The translations under genes and the position numbers were made by a program. This document shows, piece after piece, positions 1 to 10,200 of a stretch of DNA of 64,000 nucleotides. This stretch comes from a virus. The stretch's first letter is position 1. Every line of letters starts with the position of its first letter. The DNA is taken from positions 1 to 64,000 of IMG/VR virus record IMGVR_UViG_3300020455_000008; one strand, given 5' to 3'. Under the pieces are notes generated by a model. The model was not told the DNA's origin and did not search any database. It was given only the letters and a program-made list of their open reading frames with translations.

Positions 1-52
1 ACAGTGTTATACGATAGATAATAAATTTAGTTTTTAAAGAAAATAGACCCAC

Positions 53-1438
53 ATGATAGATCAACAAGAGTATGAGCAAAGATATTATGGCAAGTTCTAT
101 GGCAAGCGTAGGGCTATTGTAGTAGATAACCAAGACCCCGAACGCAGAGGTCGAATTCGTGTAGAGAATAGTGAGCTTTATGGGGTAAGTAAGTCTCCTT
201 GGGCTATGCCCTGCTTCCCTTTTTATGGGGGGCGAGACTGCGGTTTTTTTGCAGTTCCTCCAATAGGCACTTGTGTGTGGATTGAGTGTGAAGAGGGGTT
301 GCCCTCTTTTCCTATCTATTCGGGCGGTTACTTTGATATTGTGCGTGACGGTCACTTTTCGGATGGCTCAGAGATAGAAAGAAGCCCAGACTTTCAAGGA
401 GAGCCATCTACTGTACCTGCACATGGCAGGGGTGATTATGATGGCTCTGACTTTGGGGGATTAAAAGGGAGATATGGTGTGCCTTCAACCTCCTTTGAGG
501 GAGATTATGGTGAGGTGACGATTCTTCAAACCAAGACAGGTCACAAGCTAGAATTTGATGATACGGAGGGGGCAGAGCGTATTCAGATTCACCATGCTGG
601 TGGTGCTCATATTGAGATTATGCCCGATGGTTCAGTCAATATTGCTACAGAGGGTAAGATCTTAACTAGATCGGCATACCGAGAAGAGGTAGTTCTAAAT
701 AATAGAAGAGAGGTAGTGGGTGGGCATGAGGAGGTAGTAGAGGGGGATAACTCTGTGACGATTACTGGGAACTCATCTTCTACAGTAACAGGTGGATCAA
801 CCGTTAATCTTGGTCAGTTGACCACAGATATTAATGGCCCGCTAACTATGACCTCTAGTGTTCTAAAAGCTTCTGTAGATAACCTATTTGAGCTGAGTAC
901 AGGCGGAGATATATCCATGAACTCTTTTGGGGATATGGACTTAATCTCTGCGGGTACAGCACTTTTCAGTGCGTCTAATGCAGTTAGTGTTCCTTCGGGG
1001 TTGTTTATCGATGACTCGTTAGTCTTACAAGGGTTGAATGGTAACCTTACTCTATTTAGTTCAGATCATGGCGGTTTACAGAAGTATGGAGTTAATCTGA
1101 GGGGTGGTTTACCCGCAGCGAGTGGTGGTCATGTCTATTTAGGTAACTTAACGAGTACGGCTTCTCTTTTGGGAGTAACAAGTATACCATTGCTGAAAGA
1201 GCCAGTGGTAATGGGTACACAGTTACAGCTTTTCTTAGAAAGTATTCTAACGGCCTTAGACGCTTTCTTTGCGCTCACTAATACGGGTGGAAGTACTCCA
1301 GGCTTTGGTGGGCCTAATCCGATATTGGCCACAGCTTCGGTTACAGCGCAAACGGCCTTGACGACTGCGAGAACCACCTTTATGAATACAGCTAACCCAT
1401 TGATACTCTCAGAGTGTGTATATTTAAGTAAGGTTTAG
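53..1438 (+). CDS. Baseplate spike/hub protein (gp5/VgrG/gpV OB-fold)
   Basis: Motifs YYGK..AIVVDNQDPERRGRIRV, WAMPC, PPIGTCVWIECEEG, TKTGHKLEFDDTEGAERIQIHH, then beta-helix-like repeats. Confidence 0.9.
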   Translation: MIDQQEYEQRYYGKFYGKRRAIVVDNQDPERRGRIRVENSELYGVSKSPWAMPCFPFYGGRDCGFFAVPPIGTCVWIECEEGLPSFPIYSGGYFDIVRDGHFSDGSEIERSPDFQGEPSTVPAHGRGDYDGSDFGGLKGRYGVPSTSFEGDYGEVTILQTKTGHKLEFDDTEGAERIQIHHAGGAHIEIMPDGSVNIATEGKILTRSAYREEVVLNNRREVVGGHEEVVEGDNSVTITGNSSSTVTGGSTVNLGQLTTDINGPLTMTSSVLKASVDNLFELSTGGDISMNSFGDMDLISAGTALFSASNAVSVPSGLFIDDSLVLQGLNGNLTLFSSDHGGLQKYGVNLRGGLPAASGGHVYLGNLTSTASLLGVTSIPLLKEPVVMGTQLQLFLESILTALDAFFALTNTGGSTPGFGGPNPILATASVTAQTALTTARTTFMNTANPLILSECVYLSKV

Positions 1439-1442
1439 AGAT

Positions 1443-1772
1443 ATGGCATTAAATGTAGATCAATTAGCGACTGCGCTTGCCCAAGTAGATATTAACTTAG
1501 TTAATCAAGCCTATATTGAGAAGGGTGTTACGCCCCCTACAATTGACTCGGCAACACAAGCGAGTATTGAAGCGAGAGCCGAAGGATATGCTCAAGCGAT
1601 TTACACTTGGATCTTAACGGCTACTGTCAACACTACGGTGAATACTAATCTCAGTACTTTGCACCCATCGGGTACGATTAATGTGGTGGGTACAGCCGCA
1701 GCCCAAACCAATCCTGCGCCTGTGGTAGGGAGTGGTACGGGAAGTGGTACTGGAGTGGGTACTCTTTCATAA
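1443..1772 (+). CDS. Hypothetical baseplate-associated protein
   Basis: 109-aa ORF directly after the spike gene; Gly-rich C-terminus. Confidence 0.6.
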   Translation: MALNVDQLATALAQVDINLVNQAYIEKGVTPPTIDSATQASIEARAEGYAQAIYTWILTATVNTTVNTNLSTLHPSGTINVVGTAAAQTNPAPVVGSGTGSGTGVGTLS

Positions 1773-1837
1773 GTGTATGCGCATAAAAATGTGTAACCCT
1801 ACTTTTAAATGCGCATAAAAGTGCATAAATGGCCTAT

Positions 1838-1857
1838 AAATAGTTTTCAAAAACTTT
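1838..1857. promoter_or_regulatory. Palindromic operator-like motif AGTTTT-NN-AAAACT
   Basis: AAATAGTTTTCAAAAACTTT in an intergenic gap; about 9 copies in the window. Confidence 0.6.
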
Positions 1858-1867
1858 GGTGTGTTTT

Positions 1868-2179
1868 ATGAATGAGCTAGATATAAAAAAGATAGAAAAC
1901 TCTTTAGTTCCCCCTTGGGAAGCGAAGGGTTTAGGTGCTGAAGAATATGCCCATGACCTTACTGAGCGTTGGAAAGGAATTAATGATATAGTCAATGGTA
2001 GACGTGAGGACACTTCAATAGTAAAATCAACTATCCAAGACACTATAGAGTTTATAGTATGGGTCAGCGCCAAGAAGGAGTTATCTTCTGCGGTGGCTTT
2101 ACTAAGAGCGCAAATGATACAGGCAAGGTCAAAAAATGAGCATAAAATCACAAAAAAAGGGGCTATTGAGGGAAGCTAA
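1868..2179 (+). CDS. Hypothetical protein
   Basis: Co-oriented ORF overlapping the next gene; ATG at 1868. Confidence 0.55.
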   Translation: MNELDIKKIENSLVPPWEAKGLGAEEYAHDLTERWKGINDIVNGRREDTSIVKSTIQDTIEFIVWVSAKKELSSAVALLRAQMIQARSKNEHKITKKGAIEGS

Positions 2180-3668
2180 TTATGAAGACTATATAGAGAG
2201 CAATCCAAACTTTGAGGTAAAATGGGGCTTCAATACAGGAGATGGCTTAGAGCTGTTAGGATTAGATGGATTAGTAGACGCTACGTTAGATGTGATAAAT
2301 CCTTTTCTTACGGGTGTTAATACCTTTATAGAGTTATTAGATATAATAGTAGACTTATTAGGAACAGTAGCAGGGTTTTTGTTTGACGTATTTTTCGCAG
2401 TAACCTTAGCCATAAGAGAAGCCTTAGAGTCTGTTATAAACCTTTTTACGGGTTTATCTCTCAACTGCATTTTACACTTCCCTCAAACTACTAAAAGCCG
2501 AAGAAATCCCGATGAGATCATGTACGATCTTGGTATGGCGTACCTAGATCCGACAGATCCAAAAAGACCTATAACGGTTCAAGAGACTTTTGGTGTGGCG
2601 TTGGTTGCTTTATGGAGTTTGCCTAACCTAGATAGGTTAATGTTACAGTTTAATCGGATAAACAAGCTATTTAGTGGTGTGTTGGAAACTAACATACCGT
2701 TAGATACTCGATTCAGCGCTTTAGAATCAAGGTATCAAGATTTAATTTCTCCGAAAGAACATCCTATAGATTCGGATTCTGATACCCTATACTTTAGCTA
2801 TAAAGCTCACGATAACTTTATAGGAGCTTATGACGAGTATAAGGTGGTTGTGGCAAACAAAGAGATATTAACAGATAATCCTAAATGTTTTATTGCCAAA
2901 AGAGATGAACAAATAGAAAAGTACTATGTAGTGCTTGGCCCCATAACTCCAAACAAGAGTAACCTTGATGAAGAGTTATTTAATTTATCAGTGCTAGTTA
3001 ATAATGGGGCTTATACCGCACAGAGGTTTATTCCAAATGCTATGACAGACTCCGTTTTGAGCCATCTTACTTACTTAAACCCTAGTTTAAGTGGGCAAGC
3101 TCCCAACTTTTCTTTCGCACTTCAACTAACGCAACTATCTTTTATACAAACGACTGTTAATACTTTGGCGGGGTGGGCTTTAACTGTTGAAAAGGGTAGG
3201 TCTTATGCGGATAGGTACAGAGCAATACTTGAGGTGGCTCAGAGAAGATTAAATAGAATAGCTGACCAAACACAGCAGCTTGTCAATGCAATCTCTGCTC
3301 TAGCGGCATTTCTCTCCTTTGGTAGTGGGGCAAGCGTGGTGCTGTGTAGTGGCACTGGTAAGGCTCAAGATTTTGCTAATGCATTAATCAACTCACCCTT
3401 ACACCCTAACTACCCAAGAGGTGATTTATCGGATATTAACCACAATGTGTCCAAACAGTCTTCAGATGTTACCCGAGATATTGAGCAAGCCGCAAAACCT
3501 TTATTGTATAGCGGAGGGGCATTATTACACTTTGGAGTTTCTGACACAGGAACGGAGAGGATAGAAGCGCTCAATAAGCTGTTACGTGTAATGTTTAAAG
3601 AATTATCTGCTGCTGAGTTAAGGGATAATACGTTTGAGCCTATTGGTAGCCGTTTTCAAGATCTATAA
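2136..3668 (+). CDS. Hypothetical virion/baseplate-region protein
   Basis: 510-aa ORF between spike and gp25 genes. Confidence 0.65.
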   Translation: MSIKSQKKGLLREANYEDYIESNPNFEVKWGFNTGDGLELLGLDGLVDATLDVINPFLTGVNTFIELLDIIVDLLGTVAGFLFDVFFAVTLAIREALESVINLFTGLSLNCILHFPQTTKSRRNPDEIMYDLGMAYLDPTDPKRPITVQETFGVALVALWSLPNLDRLMLQFNRINKLFSGVLETNIPLDTRFSALESRYQDLISPKEHPIDSDSDTLYFSYKAHDNFIGAYDEYKVVVANKEILTDNPKCFIAKRDEQIEKYYVVLGPITPNKSNLDEELFNLSVLVNNGAYTAQRFIPNAMTDSVLSHLTYLNPSLSGQAPNFSFALQLTQLSFIQTTVNTLAGWALTVEKGRSYADRYRAILEVAQRRLNRIADQTQQLVNAISALAAFLSFGSGASVVLCSGTGKAQDFANALINSPLHPNYPRGDLSDINHNVSKQSSDVTRDIEQAAKPLLYSGGALLHFGVSDTGTERIEALNKLLRVMFKELSAAELRDNTFEPIGSRFQDL

Positions 3669-3682
3669 GATAGGAGAGTCAT

Positions 3683-4048
3683 ATGCCAAAGTTAAAGGGT
3701 TTATCCTTCCCCATAAAATTCTCTCCTAGAGGTTCATTAACCACTTCTGAGGGTGTTGATAAGATCAAAGAGAATATTAAGGCCATTGCCTTAACATCTT
3801 TGGGAGAAAGATTAATGAGTCCAAATGTGGGCACTATGGGTTATACTCACTTATTTAGAAATATGGGTGAGGGTGAAATCGGATTACTAAAACACCACCT
3901 ACGTCTAGGTATAGAAGCGGGTGAAAACAGGGTGACTATTTTAGATATAAATATCTCTCGCCCAGAGCAAGATGGGCAACTATTGGTAAGCCTATCCTTC
4001 CAAATTATAACAAGCACAGAATTTGATAATCTATCATTCTATATTTAG
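3683..4048 (+). CDS. Baseplate wedge protein, gp25/GPW family
   Basis: GLSFP...IKENIKAIALTSLGERLMSPNVG, E.RV signature; RBS AGGAG. Confidence 0.9.
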   Translation: MPKLKGLSFPIKFSPRGSLTTSEGVDKIKENIKAIALTSLGERLMSPNVGTMGYTHLFRNMGEGEIGLLKHHLRLGIEAGENRVTILDINISRPEQDGQLLVSLSFQIITSTEFDNLSFYI

Positions 4049-4058
4049 GAGATAAGTC

Positions 4059-5951
4059 ATGCCTATAAGAAATCAGCCCACATCATTAGGTGGTTTACCC
4101 ATACAGATTGATTATACAGCTAGGGATTATGAAGCAATTCGTAATGAGTTATTAACCTTAGCTACACAGTTATCTCCCGAATGGACAGATCGACAGCCTG
4201 GGGATATAGGGGTGACTCTCTTAGAAGCAGTCTCTTATGTGACTGATATACTCTCTTATCAACTAGATCGAGTGCAAAATGAGTCGTATCTAGCCACTGC
4301 TCAAACAAGAGAATCGGTAGTCAATATATTAAGGCTTATTGGTTACGAGTTAAAACCTGCTACACCTGCGACTGTAAATATGGTGATTGTCACAAATCAG
4401 AATAATGTGACATTGCCTGCAACCTTTAGAGTATTCACAGATAGCACAGAACAAGTTGCTTCTTTAGAGTACCGTTTGAGCCAACCTGTTACCTTGGCAA
4501 CTGCTGGTATTCACTGTGTAAGTAGCGACTCAACTGCGGTTCAAAGGTTAGAGGGTATTCCTCCAACATCAACAAATCCCAACTTAGTCTTTACTGCGGG
4601 TCAACGAGTTACTGATAACCAGTCTAGTGACGGTACGGCCAATCAAGTATTTCTACTAAGTCAATCACCTGTATGTGTTGACGCTGAGGGTATTACAGTA
4701 CTTGTGGGCGGTGTTACCTACGAGGGTAGAACTTCATTTTTAGGTACAGATCCTAATGATGAAGTGTTTATTTATAAGTTCTTATCCACTGAAGAAGCTA
4801 TTGTCATATTTGGTGATGGTGTTAATGGTAAGATACCACCAAATACTCATAGTATCGCTATTACTTATAGAATTGATGGTGGTGAGGAGACAAACAGGGC
4901 AGGTGCTCGGACAATAAATCAGTTTGACTCGGTAAATGGAGTCGTCAGAGTTTATAACGTCAATCAACCATCGGGCGGGGCAGATCCCGAAGACATTATT
5001 AGTGCAAAGAAGAACGCTCCGTTATCATTAAGGGCTTTAGATCGTTGTGTTACGCTTGAAGACTTTGAAACAATGGCAAAGTTGACACCGAATGTGGGCA
5101 TAAGAACGGCTAGGGCTGTTCAAGGAAGCGGGCCATTAGAGGTTGAGGTGTATGTAGCAACCGAGGGTGACAATCCTATCCCTACGGGTGAGTGGTACTC
5201 TGAGTTACAGAATGGGCATGGAGATATAGGGGTAGTTGGTAGATGGTTAAACCAAAAGAAACCCGTACCTACTAAGCTATTTGTGTATGCGCCTACTCAA
5301 GTAAAGCCTTATTTTGAAGCTACCATATACGTCCATCAGAATCTTAGAAGAGATACTGTGAAGTCCGATGTTGACCTAGCACTTCAAGGATTATTTAACC
5401 AAATCACTAGTGACTTTGGCGAGGGGATTCCTTTGTCTGCTATCTTACAGACAGTAGAGAATACGAGGGGTGTAGATTATGTAACTGCTACTGCTTTCCA
5501 TAGGCTGCCCTCTATGCATTGGTTAAGTGGAGATAGACAAGCTTTTGATGACGCAACTTTTACTCTAAGTGGCTTAAATACACAGACCTTAAAACAGGAT
5601 TATAGAATAGAGTGGGTGAGTTCTACTCAGTATAGACTAAGGGCTATAGGCCAGGGCTTTATTAGAGATGTAAATGGGCAAGTCGTAGAGTATACTCAAG
5701 GTGCAAGCGCTTCAGTATCATTCTTTAATGATGAGAATAATCAAACATTGGCCACACGAGAGGTTCAGTTTACATTGAGTGTTAGTACGGGCACACCTAC
5801 ACCTAACGAGGGTGATATTTGGGAGTTCTCGGTTGATAACTACTTAGGTAATATTGAAGCAAAGCCACATGAGTTAATCGCTTCTCCTATTCAAAACGAT
5901 TTTACTCTAAATAGCGCTGAAATTGTTTTGAACTTTGAAGGAGGTATTTGA
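4059..5951 (+). CDS. Baseplate J/gp6-like protein
   Basis: DYTARDYE, PEWTD...DIGVTLLE, FGDGVNGKIP, GGADPE, RCVTLEDFE motifs. Confidence 0.92.
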   Translation: MPIRNQPTSLGGLPIQIDYTARDYEAIRNELLTLATQLSPEWTDRQPGDIGVTLLEAVSYVTDILSYQLDRVQNESYLATAQTRESVVNILRLIGYELKPATPATVNMVIVTNQNNVTLPATFRVFTDSTEQVASLEYRLSQPVTLATAGIHCVSSDSTAVQRLEGIPPTSTNPNLVFTAGQRVTDNQSSDGTANQVFLLSQSPVCVDAEGITVLVGGVTYEGRTSFLGTDPNDEVFIYKFLSTEEAIVIFGDGVNGKIPPNTHSIAITYRIDGGEETNRAGARTINQFDSVNGVVRVYNVNQPSGGADPEDIISAKKNAPLSLRALDRCVTLEDFETMAKLTPNVGIRTARAVQGSGPLEVEVYVATEGDNPIPTGEWYSELQNGHGDIGVVGRWLNQKKPVPTKLFVYAPTQVKPYFEATIYVHQNLRRDTVKSDVDLALQGLFNQITSDFGEGIPLSAILQTVENTRGVDYVTATAFHRLPSMHWLSGDRQAFDDATFTLSGLNTQTLKQDYRIEWVSSTQYRLRAIGQGFIRDVNGQVVEYTQGASASVSFFNDENNQTLATREVQFTLSVSTGTPTPNEGDIWEFSVDNYLGNIEAKPHELIASPIQNDFTLNSAEIVLNFEGGI

Positions 5952-7189
5952 TGGCTACCCATGAGTATTGGCAATTTGCTTTTGTTGGGGAGTCTTACGC
6001 AGGTACGGAGTCTGTACCCAGCTTAGGTCGTAACGTACCACTAAGAGTTGAGGTTAGTAACTTACCCGATGGGACAGAGCTGATTGCTGATGATAACAAT
6101 GCACATACGGTGAGTGGTGATCATTTACGTGTGTACTATGCGATTCCATTACTTCCCGACCCTACAGGCTATGTTTTAACGGGCAAACTAAAGATATTAA
6201 GAAAGCTAAAAGAGTTCCCCAGAGCACACGATGACAGTGAAGCTGAAATAGTTCTAACGGAGGATAATACGAGTACTATTAGTACTCTTACTAGGGGTGA
6301 ATATCGTCTAAAACTAGACCAACTAGATGATATTGATTCTACTAAAGCAGATGTTTGGTATTACACTATTTTTTATGAAGCCGAAGATAGCCCCACAACT
6401 ACTACTTGGATTTACTCACCACTGAATGGGCATAATCGAGGATTTGCACTTAAAAATTTAAGTACGAGTACTTTTGGTGACCAGCTTTTCCGCTACTTCC
6501 CAAGTGGTCTTAGAGTCGTAGATAAAAAAGAAGGTAATGATACTCTATACAAGCTCTCTCAAATATTTGGTAGGGTGATTGATGAGGTCAGTGAGAGACT
6601 GGATCAATTTAGTCAAAAGAGATTTTTACCGATGGAGGTAGACGCTGCCTTTATTCCTTATATAGACCAATTATTAGGATGGCCTACTAACTTTGAGTTA
6701 GGCGAGTTAAGGAGAAGAAGGGAAACGCTTAATGCGATTAGTCTTTGGAAATCCAAGGGCACGAACAATGCGTTTGAGTTAGCCTTACAAGAGCTAACAG
6801 GGTGGAATGTAGAGCTATATAAAGGTTACGACTATGTGGTCACTACTGCAACCGTAGAAGATACCTTAGATCCAAACAATGCGCCTTTAGGTTGGGTTGA
6901 GCTAGAAGATGGGGTGTGGGCGAATCAAGTCAATGATATTGTTTTTAATGGTACACCAGACTTATCGGGTAGCCCCCCTCCTTTTACACAGGGTTCAAAA
7001 GATAATAATTTTAGGGTAATGTTTGATTCTACGAGTTGGGTAAATACCTATGGGGTACTTGTATATATGGTAGCCGCATTATCGAGTTCAGCATTACCTC
7101 AAGACTTAGCTTCTGCTAAGATTGTTCGTTTACTAGACTACTTAGCCATACATTATGCAAACTTTGAAGTACAGCAAGCACCAGCATAA
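5951..7189 (+). CDS. Tail/baseplate wedge protein with P2 gpI-like domain
   Basis: FIPYIDQLLGW...RRR..LNAISLWKSKGT..AFELALQELTGW; follows baseplate J. Confidence 0.8.
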   Translation: MATHEYWQFAFVGESYAGTESVPSLGRNVPLRVEVSNLPDGTELIADDNNAHTVSGDHLRVYYAIPLLPDPTGYVLTGKLKILRKLKEFPRAHDDSEAEIVLTEDNTSTISTLTRGEYRLKLDQLDDIDSTKADVWYYTIFYEAEDSPTTTTWIYSPLNGHNRGFALKNLSTSTFGDQLFRYFPSGLRVVDKKEGNDTLYKLSQIFGRVIDEVSERLDQFSQKRFLPMEVDAAFIPYIDQLLGWPTNFELGELRRRRETLNAISLWKSKGTNNAFELALQELTGWNVELYKGYDYVVTTATVEDTLDPNNAPLGWVELEDGVWANQVNDIVFNGTPDLSGSPPPFTQGSKDNNFRVMFDSTSWVNTYGVLVYMVAALSSSALPQDLASAKIVRLLDYLAIHYANFEVQQAPA

Positions 7190-7227
7190 AGGCAAAAACA
7201 AAGGTATCAGAAACTAGGAGTAACTAC

Positions 7228-10200
7228 ATGGCTTCCAAACCAAATATAAGTAATCCAAATTATGCTTTTAATAAAGATAAGCAGTACACACAGGTTGTTT
7301 TCCAACAGGGTAAGCCTATATTAGATGTAGATCTAAATGATATGAGTAATGCCCTTCATGCTCAGAATACCTCTGCCTTAGCAGAAAAGATGGGTTATGG
7401 GCCTTCTCAAATTGACTTTAGAGAATGGGCAATGACCGCAGTCGATACTAAAAACCCTCAAGATGACCGAAATAAGACAAACTTTGCGATTACTTTAGGA
7501 AGGCTTGATACTTACAAAGGTGTAATCGACTTACATGAGTTAAGGGCTGCTAACGTAGACTCAAGGGTGATCTTTGACTATGGGTTGATTGTTGATAATA
7601 GTGAAACAGATGGCGGAGATCGTGAGTATGCCAATTACATCCTTAAAGGAAGTGTAACTGCGGGAAGCTCAACTACTGTTATAAAAGATGAGCATAAGAA
7701 TTTTAAACCCGATCCCGTAAATGAAAATAAAGGATTAAGACTTACGGGATATACACATAATGAGACAATTGAACCGTATAGTACTATTAACCCTATTACT
7801 AATCCAAGCGAGTCTAGGAGCACTAAGTTTGCTAAGGTTACTCTTTCAGAGAGCGCTTGCCGACTTAGGTTTATAAGTGGGAATTTGGATGGTCAAGAAC
7901 AGTTAATTTCTGACGTTGCCGATGGTGAAATTACGGTGAGTGCTCCGTTTGGCGCTATTCCTAATGAGGGTTCACAATATGTGATATTACCGCCCAACAC
8001 TCTACAAGAATACCGAAATCTTTATAATGCAACGACAAGTCAAGCTACTAGTACCCACAAAGGTTTAAGTAACCTTCCTCAGTTGATCACCTATGTTCAA
8101 GTTTTTGAAGAGGATGTATCAGCAAGTGAGGACAGTAGTATTCAATCTAATGCATTAGGTGTAGAGACTACACATAGAACACAATTAAGATGGTGCGTGA
8201 GAGTCGCTAAACTGATCACTTCCCAAGAGGGAGATAATGACGGAACTAACTATCTAACTGACTTAAATATCGAGCATATATATACATTGCTTGAGTCCAA
8301 TCGTTTAGTAGAACACCAAGCACTTGCTGACGCTACGGACGATAAGGCTACTAACGAAGAGGGGGCACTACAGACTCAATATTGGCGGGAGTCTGTTGGA
8401 GCAACCGTCCCCACTGCTGCTAAGATCTTAAAAAGAGAGTCACCGTATCTTGAGCTAGGTTTAACTCCTGCTCACTTCTTTAACTCCGAAGAGTATACCT
8501 TAGATCGTTTATATTGGTCTTTCCTAAAGGCGCTCTTACTACAATCTAGTGGATTTAGTTTTAATGACTTTGTAGTCCTTAATGCATTTCATAGTGAGAC
8601 TAAAACTAATGCAGCCGCATTAGCGAATGATGAAACACTAAGTGAGTATTTTTATCCCGCAGCGCAAACGGATACTACTGCTAGTCCAATTGTTCATGCT
8701 TTCCTTTCAGTAGGAAATAGCTTTGTAAGGGCCACAAACGACACTAACGCACAACCAGCTCGTTTTATGTCTCCGCCAAGAGTGTTCCATACACACGCTG
8801 ACTTATCTGTAGATAATATGAAGAGTCGAACCCTTCATGGCTTACGAGGTGGGATTCTATATGGAGATAATGCGCCCTTAGTCTTTAACTCTCCTTCAGC
8901 CCACTTCTCATTTGTAGATCAGATGGTATTGGGCATGAGTGGTATTGGTTCTGCTTTAGGTGAAACGGCTGAGGGGTATAGAATCCCTTCTGCAATTGAT
9001 TATACATTAAATAACTCTAACGCAAGTGTAGCCCAAGCGGGTTATGGTGTGGGTGCAATCAAGATGTTGTCACCTATATCTGCGAGTACGATAAGCACAG
9101 GCCATGCAGATGGCACATTCTTAACAGGCTCATCTTCTTACCTTTTAAGAGACAAAGGGAACAGATCTTCACATACCGTTAATGCTACGGATAGTGACTT
9201 AGGTTGGTCTTTATATAAACAAGAGAATAGTAACTTAACAGCGAATACTTTGTCAGACTTCTCGATTAGAGGGTGGGATGAGGGTATTGCCCAAGCGATT
9301 GCTTTCCAACAAGGGATTAACTTTAGGAAGTTAGCGATTAAGACCACTGCTCATAAGAGCATGGATCTGTTTACGATTAGTGAGACACCGAGACAGCAAG
9401 CAGATCAGCATGATCAACTTGTAGTTAATACTTCTAGTACTGCCTTTCAAATTCCCGTTAATCAATCACAGACTAAAAATGGCAACTTGTTTTTAGATTC
9501 ATATAGTGGAAATGTATTGAATCCAAGTAACTTTATTCCTGCGAATATATCTCGATTTGATCCTAAGCCTTTATTACAGCAGTATCAAGCTACGGGTGGA
9601 ATTAAAGGATTTGATCAGTCAAGTGGTGCAGATATAAAATATGGGCCTTGGAATAGGTTTGATAGGGAAGATATAGGCACTCATTTAGACCCTGCACTAG
9701 ATGACGCTAATGCGCCTACGTATTCAATGGACTTGTGGCATAATCGATGTACGGCCATGAGACTAAGATACCATGTAGGAGACTTCTACCCAGGCGCTGA
9801 GGATGGCAGAGGAGTACCACGTAATGAGTTAGTGGACTCTTTAAACCTATTTGTGAAGGTAGAGCCTTTGAGCTTGGCTCATTGGATGACTATGCCTAAG
9901 CACCAACACTCTATCTTAGAGAACTCAATTAACTTTGCAGAGGGTATCGAAGCTTTACTAAAAGTATCTCACGGTCTTGGAGATACACAGAAATTGGTAA
10001 ATAGTAGTGGTGTGGCATTAATCCAACAAGACTCACCTATTAACAATGGGGAGTTCCCTTTGTACGTAAACCCCACGGTAGGTAACTCCGATCCAACCAA
10101 CTTACCATTTGAGCATTACAAGCAACCGTTCGTGCATTGGTATCACCCTGCTATGCATAAGATTAAGTCACCGCACCCCGATGATAATAATAATCCGTAT

